NCBI GenBank assembly: GCA_964351455.1
Contig: CAYGOU010000001.1
Span: 18,130-61,848 of the forward strand
Length of the DNA: 43,719 bases
Origin: an uncultured Porphyromonadaceae bacterium
Lineage (GTDB): Bacteria; Bacteroidota; Bacteroidia; Bacteroidales; UBA12481
Direction: 5' to 3'
The position numbers were made by a program, and so were the translations under genes. Within the stretch, counting starts at the first letter, position 1. Each line of letters starts with the position of its first letter. The notes under the pieces were generated by a model that worked only from the letters and a program-made list of their open reading frames with translations, was not told the origin of the DNA and ran no database searches. Positions 9,695 to 17,931 of the stretch are shown here, in pieces.

Positions 9695-9702
9695 TAGATT
9701 TG
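9695..9702 (+). promoter_or_regulatory. candidate -7 box pointing toward ssb
   Basis: TAGATTTG is an exact TAnnTTTG match on the plus strand, back to back with the HU box. It implies a leader or separate RNA of about 325 nt before ssb. Confidence 0.3.
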
Positions 9703-9707
9703 GATTG

Positions 9708-9715
9708 CAAATATA
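9708..9715 (-). promoter_or_regulatory. Bacteroidota sigma-A -7 box for the HU / bS22-like unit
   Basis: The minus strand reads TATATTTG, an exact TAnnTTTG match, 41 nt upstream of the HU ATG. Confidence 0.5.
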
Positions 9716-10034
9716 AACCTTTTAACCGAAAATTATAAAGCGTTGGATAAAAAAAATCCTCTGTTTTTATTCACAATTTGTTTAAATATAGCACATTAGT
9801 TTTACCTCTTCAAATTCTGGCCGTCATTTCGTCAAATTTTTTGACATCCGGATTTCCAAAACCTGACATGAATTGCATCTATAAGGATGTAATTCATTAC
9901 CAATGGGCAAGGATTGGATGCCAAGGATAACCGGATTCACCTGACGGGAGACATCCCGACGCTCCGCATGGAGGTTCTGTCAGTTTGGAATCATTTGAAT
10001 TGTTCGTACTTTTAACACTCTAAATTTTCAATAA

Positions 10035-10475
10035 ATGTCAGTCAACAAGGTTATTTTGGTAGGTAACGTGGGTTCTGATCCAGAGGTCAGGTACCTTGAA
10101 GGTGGAACAGCCGTGGCCAATTTTAGAATTGCCACTTCAGAGTATTACCGCAACCGTGAGGGCGAAAACACCACAACTACGGAATGGCACAGTATTGTCG
10201 CCTGGCGGCAGTTGGCAGAACTGGCCGAGAAGTATATCCGTAAAGGAAGACAGATATATATAGAAGGCAAGATTACCACCCGGCAATGGGAAGATAAAGA
10301 GGGCAACAAGCGTTATACGACAGAGATTGTTGCCAATACGATTCAGTTACTGGGTCGTAAGCCTGAGGAGGAGGAGGCCAGACCTTCGAATGGCAAGAAA
10401 CCAGAGATAGGTCAGGTTAAACAGGCCGACGAGGAGGTTTTTAATTCTACCCAGGAGGATGATCTTCCCTTTTAG
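10035..10475 (+). CDS. ssb: single-stranded DNA-binding protein
   Basis: 146 aa. OB fold ([17 protein letters not shown]...TEWHSIVAW) and an acidic C-terminal tip DDLPF. Confidence 0.95.
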   Translation: MSVNKVILVGNVGSDPEVRYLEGGTAVANFRIATSEYYRNREGENTTTTEWHSIVAWRQLAELAEKYIRKGRQIYIEGKITTRQWEDKEGNKRYTTEIVANTIQLLGRKPEEEEARPSNGKKPEIGQVKQADEEVFNSTQEDDLPF

Positions 10476-10481
10476 TGCCTG

Positions 10482-11825
10482 ATGGAAGCTTCCGGTGATC
10501 CAAATCTTGGGCTAACCATTATGGCCGTGGTGGCCGGCTTTCCATTTGGTGAGACCGGTCTCGCTTCGGGAATCGTTTTTTTGATTATTCTTTGGGCGGC
10601 TTCTGCGCTGATGTCGGGCTCAGAGGTCGCCTTCTTTTCACTCGGTTCAGGAGAAAGGAATCGATTCGAAAGTGGCAATGAGCCCAGAGCAAGGAAAGTA
10701 TTGTTGTTGTTGTCGAGACCTGAAGAGCTCCTGGCAACCCTGCAAACAACCATCTTGGTGATAGACCTATTATTCATTGGAGTGGCTTCCTGGCTAATGG
10801 CTATACATATTCTGCCAGGGGATTCTTCTGTGGGTCTTTACTTTACCGGTGCTTTGGGAATTGTCGCAGGCTATGTTTTTCTGGGCAAGTTGTTGCCGGG
10901 CTGGATTATCAGGCGCTATGCAGAAGGGTATGCCCTTGCCAGCGCAACTTTCATTTTGTTTTTGCATAGACTGCTAAATCCTGTGGTTAGCATTAGGTTG
11001 GCAATTCGGACCTTCATTCTAACGAATCTCAAGTTGAATAAGCGAGCGATTGATATGAAGAAGTTGTCTGAAGCGCTCCAACTCAATGGCAAGGATTTGT
11101 TGCAGGAGGAGAAAATTCTGAAGGGCATTGTCAGGTTTGGCGATATCGATGTTAGCGAAATCATGCGCCCCAGAGTTGATATGATTGCTGTTGATATTCA
11201 AACCCCGTTCCCAAGGATCATAGATATAGTTGTAGAATCCGGGTATTCAAGAATTCCCGTTTACCTCTCCGATCTTGACCACATCAAAGGGATTCTGTTT
11301 GTCAAAGACCTTTTGCCGCATTTCCATAAACCAGTAAGTTTCAGGTGGCAGTCGTTGGTTAGGCCCCCAAATTATGTGCCCGAAAACAAAAAGATCAACG
11401 ACCTCCTTGCAGAGTTCCAACAAAACAAAAATCACCTTGCAATTGTTGTAGATGAATATGGGGGTACTTCAGGACTCATCACCCTGGAAGACATTCTGGA
11501 GGAGATTGTCGGAGAAATCAGCGATGAATCGGATGAGGAGGAGCTCCCCTATACAAAAATCAGTGATATTGCTTATCTTTTCAGTGGCAAGACCTCTTTG
11601 CATGATGTAAAAAAAGTACTCGGACTCCCGTCCGATTTCTTCGATCCGATTCAGGGAGATTCTGAAACCCTGGCTGGATTGGTGTTGGAGATCAGAGGGG
11701 AATTGCCAAAAACAGGAGACCGAATTGAATATGAAGGATACTCCTTCACCATACGTAGTGTCGATGATCGCAGGATCAGGGAAATCCAGATTACCTGTCC
11801 GGCAACGGGCTTTCAGAATAACTGA
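10482..11825 (+). CDS. gldE: GldE / CorC-HlyC family membrane protein (DUF21-CBS-CorC)
   Basis: 447 aa. N-terminal TM DUF21 region, CBS pair and a C-terminal CorC_HlyC domain. The ssb-gldE-gldD order matches what I recall for Flavobacterium johnsoniae. Confidence 0.8.
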   Translation: MEASGDPNLGLTIMAVVAGFPFGETGLASGIVFLIILWAASALMSGSEVAFFSLGSGERNRFESGNEPRARKVLLLLSRPEELLATLQTTILVIDLLFIGVASWLMAIHILPGDSSVGLYFTGALGIVAGYVFLGKLLPGWIIRRYAEGYALASATFILFLHRLLNPVVSIRLAIRTFILTNLKLNKRAIDMKKLSEALQLNGKDLLQEEKILKGIVRFGDIDVSEIMRPRVDMIAVDIQTPFPRIIDIVVESGYSRIPVYLSDLDHIKGILFVKDLLPHFHKPVSFRWQSLVRPPNYVPENKKINDLLAEFQQNKNHLAIVVDEYGGTSGLITLEDILEEIVGEISDESDEEELPYTKISDIAYLFSGKTSLHDVKKVLGLPSDFFDPIQGDSETLAGLVLEIRGELPKTGDRIEYEGYSFTIRSVDDRRIREIQITCPATGFQNN

Positions 11826-12393
11826 TTTATTACCCCTGGTCATTCTGTTTGCGCTGATCTCAGGTTGCAATGCTGTTTACACCCCAAAGCCCAAGGGATA
11901 TTTCCGTATCGATCTCCCTGAAAAAAGCTATCAATACCTTATGACCGAGAGGCATTTCGGGTTTGATGTCCCGGCATACGGCAAATTCATTCCATACCAG
12001 GGTGCTTACCAGGAGACCGATTCGGAAAACTGGACCAACATTGATTTCCCGATGTTCAGTAGCAGACTGCATTTGACCTATAAACCGGTTTTTTCAAATC
12101 TAGAGGAACTGGTGCAGGATGCCCATGAATATGTTATGAAGCATACCATCAAGGCGGATGCGATTGTGCAGACCCGTTTTGACCATCCCGAAGAACGCGT
12201 TTATGGGGTTCTTTTTGATATTCGTGGAAATGCTGCCTCTGCGGTTCAGTTTTATTTGACCGACAGTGTTGCTAACTTCCTAAGGGGAGCCCTTTATTTT
12301 TATCATGAACCCAACTATGATTCTCTCTCTCCCGTAATCCAATATCTGCGGGATGATGTTGTAAGGATCATGGAATCGATGAAATGGAAATAA
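11764..12393 (+). CDS. gldD: gliding-motility lipoprotein GldD
   Basis: Lipoprotein signal LLPLVILFALISGC followed by NAVYTPKPKGYFRIDLPE, which is GldD-like, directly after gldE. The start is uncertain (ATG at 11764, 11731 or 11725), and every option lies inside the gldE 3' end. Confidence 0.7.
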   Translation: MIAGSGKSRLPVRQRAFRITDLLPLVILFALISGCNAVYTPKPKGYFRIDLPEKSYQYLMTERHFGFDVPAYGKFIPYQGAYQETDSENWTNIDFPMFSSRLHLTYKPVFSNLEELVQDAHEYVMKHTIKADAIVQTRFDHPEERVYGVLFDIRGNAASAVQFYLTDSVANFLRGALYFYHEPNYDSLSPVIQYLRDDVVRIMESMKWK

Positions 12394-12400
12394 TCCACCG

Positions 12401-13135
12401 ATGATACTTCAACAACTCAATGAACTGAAAAGCGGCAAAAAGGGAATAGCCTGGCTGGTTGATCCCGATAAGTGCGAACTTGCGGGACTTCAGGAAAAGT
12501 CTCAATTGGTTGCAGAATTGGGAATTGATCTGATCCTGGTAGGAGGAAGTCTGCTGTTCAGATCCATCGAACCGGTCATAAGGGAACTGAAGAAATCTAT
12601 CCGGGTTCCGGTGATCATTTTCCCGGGTTCTGCAATGCAAATCAGCCGGGAAGCAGATGGCATCCTTTTATTGTCTCTGATTTCGGGCAGAAACGCTGAT
12701 TATCTTATCGGTCAGCATGTTGTTGCGGCCCCAATCCTTGCAGATACTCAGCTTGAGATTCTTCCAACCGGATACATACTTGTTGAAGGGGGATCCGTGA
12801 CAACCGTTCAGTACATAAGCAACACCAAGCCAATACCTAAGGATAAACCCGAGCTTGCTATGGCAACCGCCCTGGCCGGAGCCATGCTGGGACTGAGTTT
12901 GATTTATTTGGATGCGGGGAGCGGGGCACTTGCCCCAGTTCCGGCAAATATGATCCGCGAGGTTTCTTCGGCCGTTAATCTGCCGGTGATCGTGGGGGGT
13001 GGCATCCGAACTCCCGGGGAGGCTGAGAAGGCATGGCAGGCTGGGGCCGACCTCATCGTTGTGGGAAACGCTGCTGAAACCCGAATGGATGTGCTAACGG
13101 AAATCGTTGCCGTTCGGAACAGGTTTAATAGCTAA
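12401..13135 (+). CDS. geranylgeranylglyceryl / heptaprenylglyceryl phosphate synthase family protein (PcrB/GGGPS)
   Basis: 244 aa TIM-barrel pattern: LILVGGS, IIFPGS, GYILVEGGS, YLDAGSG, VGGGIRT, IVVGNA. Confidence 0.8.
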   Translation: MILQQLNELKSGKKGIAWLVDPDKCELAGLQEKSQLVAELGIDLILVGGSLLFRSIEPVIRELKKSIRVPVIIFPGSAMQISREADGILLLSLISGRNADYLIGQHVVAAPILADTQLEILPTGYILVEGGSVTTVQYISNTKPIPKDKPELAMATALAGAMLGLSLIYLDAGSGALAPVPANMIREVSSAVNLPVIVGGGIRTPGEAEKAWQAGADLIVVGNAAETRMDVLTEIVAVRNRFNS

Positions 13136-13820
13136 CCGGTGACCATTCAAATCCAGCCGACAAGGATCCGGCTAACGAAGCCAGATTTGAATCTTTCAGC
13201 CAGGGGGTGATTCTGTAGCCAGCTACCAGCGCTATCCGGTCAAATCCCAACCTGGCCCTGATCTGAACAAAAAAAGGATTGAGCCGGTCGTCTCCCCTTT
13301 GAACCAGCCTTGAACTTCGGTATCCCTGATTGATGGGATCCTCAGCCAGCAGCCTGGTTGTAGTTTTGCTGCCCAGGATCCAGCCCGCTTGATATGCAAG
13401 ATCCAGGTAATTACCAAGATAATCTCCGCGCTGACCACTCCGTATCCTTACAAATGCTCCAACGGTTAGCTCCTGTAGGGCATGGCTGACCTGTTGCTGC
13501 TGAATATCTTTGAACCTGAGCGTGGTTCTTGAGAATCCTGTTTCTGTGCCAATATGAAAAGCGCTAAAAAGGCGGATACGGTACCTGTATGAAATATTCA
13601 ATTTATTCGATACCAATGAAGAGCTATAAGACATAGAGGCCGCATCAGGATACAAACCCTCGGCGCCCAGGGTGATGTGACCGAAATGATTTCGGTTGGG
13701 TCCCCACTTTCCGGTAAATTGGGACGAATCATAGGTTTCTCGGAAAAGGAATTCCTGCGAATTGACCGGCAAGGTCATCAGTATTAAAAGAACTCCAGTA
13801 AGAATTAAGCAGCTTCGCAT
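13125..13820 (-). CDS. hypothetical outer-membrane beta-barrel-like protein
   Basis: 231 aa. Signal peptide MRSCLILTGVLLILMTLPVNSQ, alternating amphipathic strands and a C-terminal aromatic residue (FEWSPVSY). Lies 5 nt downstream of the S8 protease gene. Confidence 0.5.
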   Translation of the reverse strand: MRSCLILTGVLLILMTLPVNSQEFLFRETYDSSQFTGKWGPNRNHFGHITLGAEGLYPDAASMSYSSSLVSNKLNISYRYRIRLFSAFHIGTETGFSRTTLRFKDIQQQQVSHALQELTVGAFVRIRSGQRGDYLGNYLDLAYQAGWILGSKTTTRLLAEDPINQGYRSSRLVQRGDDRLNPFFVQIRARLGFDRIALVAGYRITPWLKDSNLASLAGSLSAGFEWSPVSY

Positions 13821-13825
13821 TGGAC

Positions 13826-15061
13826 CTAGTTCTGTAAGGAATAGCCGTTAAAAGAAATACCAAGCCTCTGGCTTTTACCTGTATGAATGGTTCTCAGCTC
13901 AAATTTGCCAGGTCTCGGAGCTCTGATGACCCCATATTCTGTCAAACGGCCATCCTCTCCCTTTACATGGTAATATATATATCCGTAAACATCCGGAATG
14001 GTTTGGCTGGGCATATATCCCGGAATGTTAATGGTGACCGGCGCTTCAACACTCTCAATGTAAAAGGTAGGAAGGGGAGGCCTCGCTTCGTGTATCAACC
14101 TGGAGGCCATGGGTATTCCATAACCGTGTGCGTAGTCGTAGTATGGATAGAGATGCCCGCAACTTTTCAGGAGCTGGATCATCTCTTCAAGGAGGAGATT
14201 GGGGCGGAGCTGTAACATGCAGGCAGCAAACCCTGTCACCAGGGGTGCCGCGAAAGAGGTCCCCGAGGATTTCTTCAGTCTTCCCGGGGAGGCGGTAAGG
14301 GTAGTTCCGGCTGAGACCAGATCGGGTTTGATCCGTCCATCCATGGTGGGTCCGCGGGAGGTAAAAGAAGAGGGCAAAAGGGTCTCAGGGTCAACGCCCC
14401 CAACACTGATGATCATTTCGGCATCTGCCGGGGTTCCCATCATGCGCCATTTCGAGCTACCCTCATTACCCAGGGAGGTAATGAAGAGAACGCCCTTTTT
14501 TGTTGCGGCAGACACAGCCCGGGCAGCAATGCTTGATTTGCCGTCCATTTCGTATGAAAAATATCGCTGGTAGGTATATCCCAGTGAACTGTGAATAATT
14601 TGCGCCCCATTCTCAACGGCCCATTCAACAGCCTGCGCAAAATATCGCTCTTCCCTGGCGGGTTCTCCTCGAACTTCGGTTACCGCAAGCAAGAATTGGG
14701 CCCCCGTGGCCATGCCCATCCGAAGGGTATCGTTCATGCCGGCGATGCAGGATAATACGGCAGTTCCATGGGGATGTCCCCTGTATACATGCTCATCTCC
14801 CTTAACAAAGTTCCAGGTTTTAACCAGTTGCTTATTCACCCGGAGATGTTCAAAGGCCTTTTCTGTGTCAACCCCGGGAAATCCTGCATCCAGCACCGCA
14901 ATCCTCACCCCCTGGCCATCAATTTGAGCCTTTAGAAACAGCTCTGCCTGCATCCAGCGCAGGGCGGGAACCATAGCAGATTCAATGGATCTCTGGGCAT
15001 ATCCTGAAACGGACACCGTAATCAAAAAGGGGATGATAACAAGGATTTTGAACCGTAGCAT
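13826..15061 (-). CDS. S8-family (subtilisin-like) serine peptidase
   Basis: 411 aa with a signal peptide. Triad motifs VLDAGF (Asp), HGTAVLS (His) and SGTSFAAPLVTG (Ser). Confidence 0.88.
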   Translation of the reverse strand: MLRFKILVIIPFLITVSVSGYAQRSIESAMVPALRWMQAELFLKAQIDGQGVRIAVLDAGFPGVDTEKAFEHLRVNKQLVKTWNFVKGDEHVYRGHPHGTAVLSCIAGMNDTLRMGMATGAQFLLAVTEVRGEPAREERYFAQAVEWAVENGAQIIHSSLGYTYQRYFSYEMDGKSSIAARAVSAATKKGVLFITSLGNEGSSKWRMMGTPADAEMIISVGGVDPETLLPSSFTSRGPTMDGRIKPDLVSAGTTLTASPGRLKKSSGTSFAAPLVTGFAACMLQLRPNLLLEEMIQLLKSCGHLYPYYDYAHGYGIPMASRLIHEARPPLPTFYIESVEAPVTINIPGYMPSQTIPDVYGYIYYHVKGEDGRLTEYGVIRAPRPGKFELRTIHTGKSQRLGISFNGYSLQN

Positions 15062-15071
15062 TTGACCTTAA

Positions 15072-16730
15072 TTATTTCACCACCTCCCGCATCAATTCAC
15101 CCGAAGCGGCGTCCGGTGCAGGTATACCGGTGATATAAGACAGGGTCGGGGCAACATCGCGCAGGTTCACTTTCCGGTTAATCCTCGCACTTTGCAGTCC
15201 CCAGCCGTACCAGATAAGGGGAATTCTGCGGTCATAGGGATAAGGGGAGAGACAGTCTGTATCGAATCCACTATCTTCCATCCAACCAGGCTGCAAAATC
15301 AGAATGATGTCTCCGGAACGGTCAGGATGATATGAATTGTGCACCAGCTGACTCCAGGGTTCAGGCGTAAGTCCGTTGCTAAGCCGGTCAACCGGGGAGG
15401 CGAAGGCTACTCCTTCAAACTTGGTAAGAAAGCGGGCGGCACTTTCAATGACTTCGTGGTAAGGCTTATCCGATTTTTCCAGCTGCGCCTCGTTAAGATA
15501 TATTTGCTGTCTGAAGTAGTTTTCAATCCAGACACCCTCCCCAAAGATGGCGCTTAAATAGGAGTTTAGAAGGGCCATTGCATTGCGGTATCTGAAGTAG
15601 CCATTAGGAAGTCCGAGATATTTCGCGTAATCGGGATCCCTTACCATCCCATGGGTGGAGGTTAGGATCACAAGGAGTTGATTGCGCCCAACGGTTTCCT
15701 CAGTTTGGTATAGCAGATGCTGAATATCCATATCCAATCTGAGCATGGCATCCAGCACTTCCCTGGAATCGGAGCCGAAAAGTCTGGCTATTTGATACAC
15801 CGAAGAAAAGCTAATCATCATCAAGTCAGGGTAATGGTCCTCTCCGAGTCGCTCTCCGTTGACAGCAGCCAGGGCCAGATCAACCAGCATGGTATTTCCA
15901 AATGGGGATTGGGTCAAAACCCCGTAATCCCTGTCCATGCTTTCACGCCTGATCCGGTTCATTTTGTACGGGAAGGTTTTAAAACCGCCCGTATATCCTG
16001 TTTCAAAAGGGTTCGCATCGGGCATGCATGATTGGTACATGCTCTCTGACAGTATTAGGTTCCAGTCCTGCCCAATGTAAAGGTCGCTGCTCTTCTTGGA
16101 ATTGAATTCCTGCAGCCATACGGGAAGCTCTTGCTGATAGGCTGAACTGGTGATCCATTGTCCGCTCCTCTTATCATACCAGTAGCACCCCATCCTTCCA
16201 TGGCCCCCCATGAGGATGCTGTTTTGCGGCTGGATGGCAAGACTCACCACGCGTGACTTTCCGTTTGTTCTAAGAATCAGTTGGTCGCCAAAGGTGGTAG
16301 CAAGCAGTTTTTCAGGACCGTGTTTTCCGGGCATACCGTCAGATCCGATCGATTGGAGAAGATAATTTTCGGTGGGATGAATCTCTTCGCGCCGGAGTCG
16401 GTTGTACCACTGATCGGCAATAATTCCGTGAGTTGCAGGAAGGGTTCCGGTTGAGAGTGTTGCCAGTGATGGTGCTGAACCCGATAGCATATGCGGTATT
16501 TCGGCTTGGGTATATTGAACGCCGTTTCTTAAGATTTTTTTGAATCCCCCCTCTCCCAGCAAATCCCAGTTCTGTTGAATCCAGTTTTCTGTGAGTCCGT
16601 CAACCACCAGGCTCAGGATTAATTTAGGAGGGGAGACCTGTGAGGGCTGCCCACTGGTTGCATATGGCAAACCCAATGCCAACAGGGTAATTAACAAACC
16701 TGTCAGAATTACTTTTCTTTTGAAGTCCAT
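15072..16730 (-). CDS. alkaline phosphatase superfamily protein (NPP/PafA-like phosphatase or phosphodiesterase)
   Basis: Signal peptide MDFKRKVILTGLLITLLALGLPYATSGQ, then LILSLVVDGL...GGFKKIL...STGTLPATHGIIADQWY. ATG 16730 is 1 nt after the ychF stop. The track start at 16835 would run 104 nt into ychF. Confidence 0.8.
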   Translation of the reverse strand: MDFKRKVILTGLLITLLALGLPYATSGQPSQVSPPKLILSLVVDGLTENWIQQNWDLLGEGGFKKILRNGVQYTQAEIPHMLSGSAPSLATLSTGTLPATHGIIADQWYNRLRREEIHPTENYLLQSIGSDGMPGKHGPEKLLATTFGDQLILRTNGKSRVVSLAIQPQNSILMGGHGRMGCYWYDKRSGQWITSSAYQQELPVWLQEFNSKKSSDLYIGQDWNLILSESMYQSCMPDANPFETGYTGGFKTFPYKMNRIRRESMDRDYGVLTQSPFGNTMLVDLALAAVNGERLGEDHYPDLMMISFSSVYQIARLFGSDSREVLDAMLRLDMDIQHLLYQTEETVGRNQLLVILTSTHGMVRDPDYAKYLGLPNGYFRYRNAMALLNSYLSAIFGEGVWIENYFRQQIYLNEAQLEKSDKPYHEVIESAARFLTKFEGVAFASPVDRLSNGLTPEPWSQLVHNSYHPDRSGDIILILQPGWMEDSGFDTDCLSPYPYDRRIPLIWYGWGLQSARINRKVNLRDVAPTLSYITGIPAPDAASGELMREVVK

Positions 16731-16731
16731 G

Positions 16732-17829
16732 TTAAACATTGAAACGGATGTGAAGGATGTCTCCGTCTTCGACCACATAGTTTTTCCCTTCGATGAAGAG
16801 TTTGCCGGCCTCTTTGCAGGCCTGCTCAGATCCAAGACTGATAAAATCGTTGTACTTCATCACCTCTGACCGGATGAATCCCCGCTGAAGGTCTGAATGA
16901 ATTACGCCGGCCGCCTCTGGTGCAGTCATTCCTTTTTTGATGGTCCATGCCCTGACCTCCTTCGGCCCGGCGGTGAAGAAGGTTTGCAGGTTGAGCATAT
17001 CGTAAGCTGATCTGATAAGGCGATTTACTCCGGGCTCATCGAGACCAACATCCTGAAGAAACTCAAGCCGGTCATCCTGGGATTCCAGCTCCGCGATTTC
17101 AGATTCAAGCCGGGCGGCAACTACCATTACTTCGGTGTTTTCATCGGCCACTGAAGCCTTTAATTGCTCAGAATAACGGTTGCCTGAAGTGGCGGATGCA
17201 TCGTCGACATTGCACACGTAAATCACCGGTTTTTCGGTCAGCAGAAAGAGGTCTGCAATGAGATTACGCTCCTCGGAGCTGAGGGTAAGTGAACGGATGT
17301 TTCTGAAATTCTCAAGGTGGGCTTTCAGTCCCATTGCCAGATCCAAATCATGTTTGGCAGCCTTGTCACCCGATTTGGCTGTCTTTTCGAGCTTATTAAT
17401 TCTTTTTTCTATCGATTCAAGGTCTTTGATCTGCAATTCAAGGTCAATGGTTTCTTTGTCCCTAACCGGATCGATGGTTTGGTCGATGTGCGGAACGTTG
17501 AGATCTTCAAAACATCTTACCACATGTATGAGGGCATCGCAATTGCGGATGTCGGCCAGGAAACTGTTGCCGACTCCTTCTCCCTTTGACGATCCATGGG
17601 TCAGTCCTGGAATATCTACGATGTCAACGGTGGTTGGTACCACTTTGGCAGACCTGATGTTCCTGTCGATGTTCAGAAGTCGTTCGTCGGGCACCTTGAC
17701 CTGCCCCAGATTTGACTTATTTGCGCTGAAGGCGAAGTTGCTTGTGGCGACCCTGGATTCTGAAAAGCAGTTGAACAGAGTCGTTTTTCCGATATTGGTT
17801 ATCCCGATGATCCCGCATTTTAATCCCAT
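16732..17829 (-). CDS. ychF: redox-regulated ATPase YchF
   Basis: 365 aa. MGLKCGIIGITNIGKTTLFN P-loop, a TGS-like C-terminus and ...VEDGDILHIRFNV. Confidence 0.95.
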   Translation of the reverse strand: MGLKCGIIGITNIGKTTLFNCFSESRVATSNFAFSANKSNLGQVKVPDERLLNIDRNIRSAKVVPTTVDIVDIPGLTHGSSKGEGVGNSFLADIRNCDALIHVVRCFEDLNVPHIDQTIDPVRDKETIDLELQIKDLESIEKRINKLEKTAKSGDKAAKHDLDLAMGLKAHLENFRNIRSLTLSSEERNLIADLFLLTEKPVIYVCNVDDASATSGNRYSEQLKASVADENTEVMVVAARLESEIAELESQDDRLEFLQDVGLDEPGVNRLIRSAYDMLNLQTFFTAGPKEVRAWTIKKGMTAPEAAGVIHSDLQRGFIRSEVMKYNDFISLGSEQACKEAGKLFIEGKNYVVEDGDILHIRFNV

Positions 17830-17851
17830 GGTAACTTTGATATCCTGGCTG

Positions 17852-17859
17852 CAAAGGTA
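17852..17859 (-). promoter_or_regulatory. -7 box for the ychF unit
   Basis: The minus strand reads TACCTTTG, an exact TAnnTTTG match, 22 nt upstream of the ychF ATG. Confidence 0.5.
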
Positions 17860-17931
17860 AAAAAAAGGGAATGCCGGTGAAAAGTGCTATTTTCGCTTCA
17901 ATACATCAACAGGCATAATCCAGTTTAATTC

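Noticed and set aside
9868-9930. 20-codon ORF (MNCIYKDVIHYQWARIGCQG) in the HU-ssb spacer
   Set aside because: It is very short, with no recognisable motif and no positional support. It is more likely chance in a non-coding leader, and I could not substantiate it as a gene remnant.
9931-9945. Minus-strand GTCAGGTGAATCCGG, faintly reminiscent of the SRP RNA domain IV sequence GGUCAGGUCCGGAAGG
   Set aside because: The conserved GGAAGCAGCC partner and the symmetric loop context are missing. The similarity is too short to mean anything.
17258-17860. 200-aa ORF antisense to ychF
   Set aside because: A Ser/Leu/Arg-rich shadow of the ychF coding strand. It runs across the ychF promoter box, and no family is recognisable.
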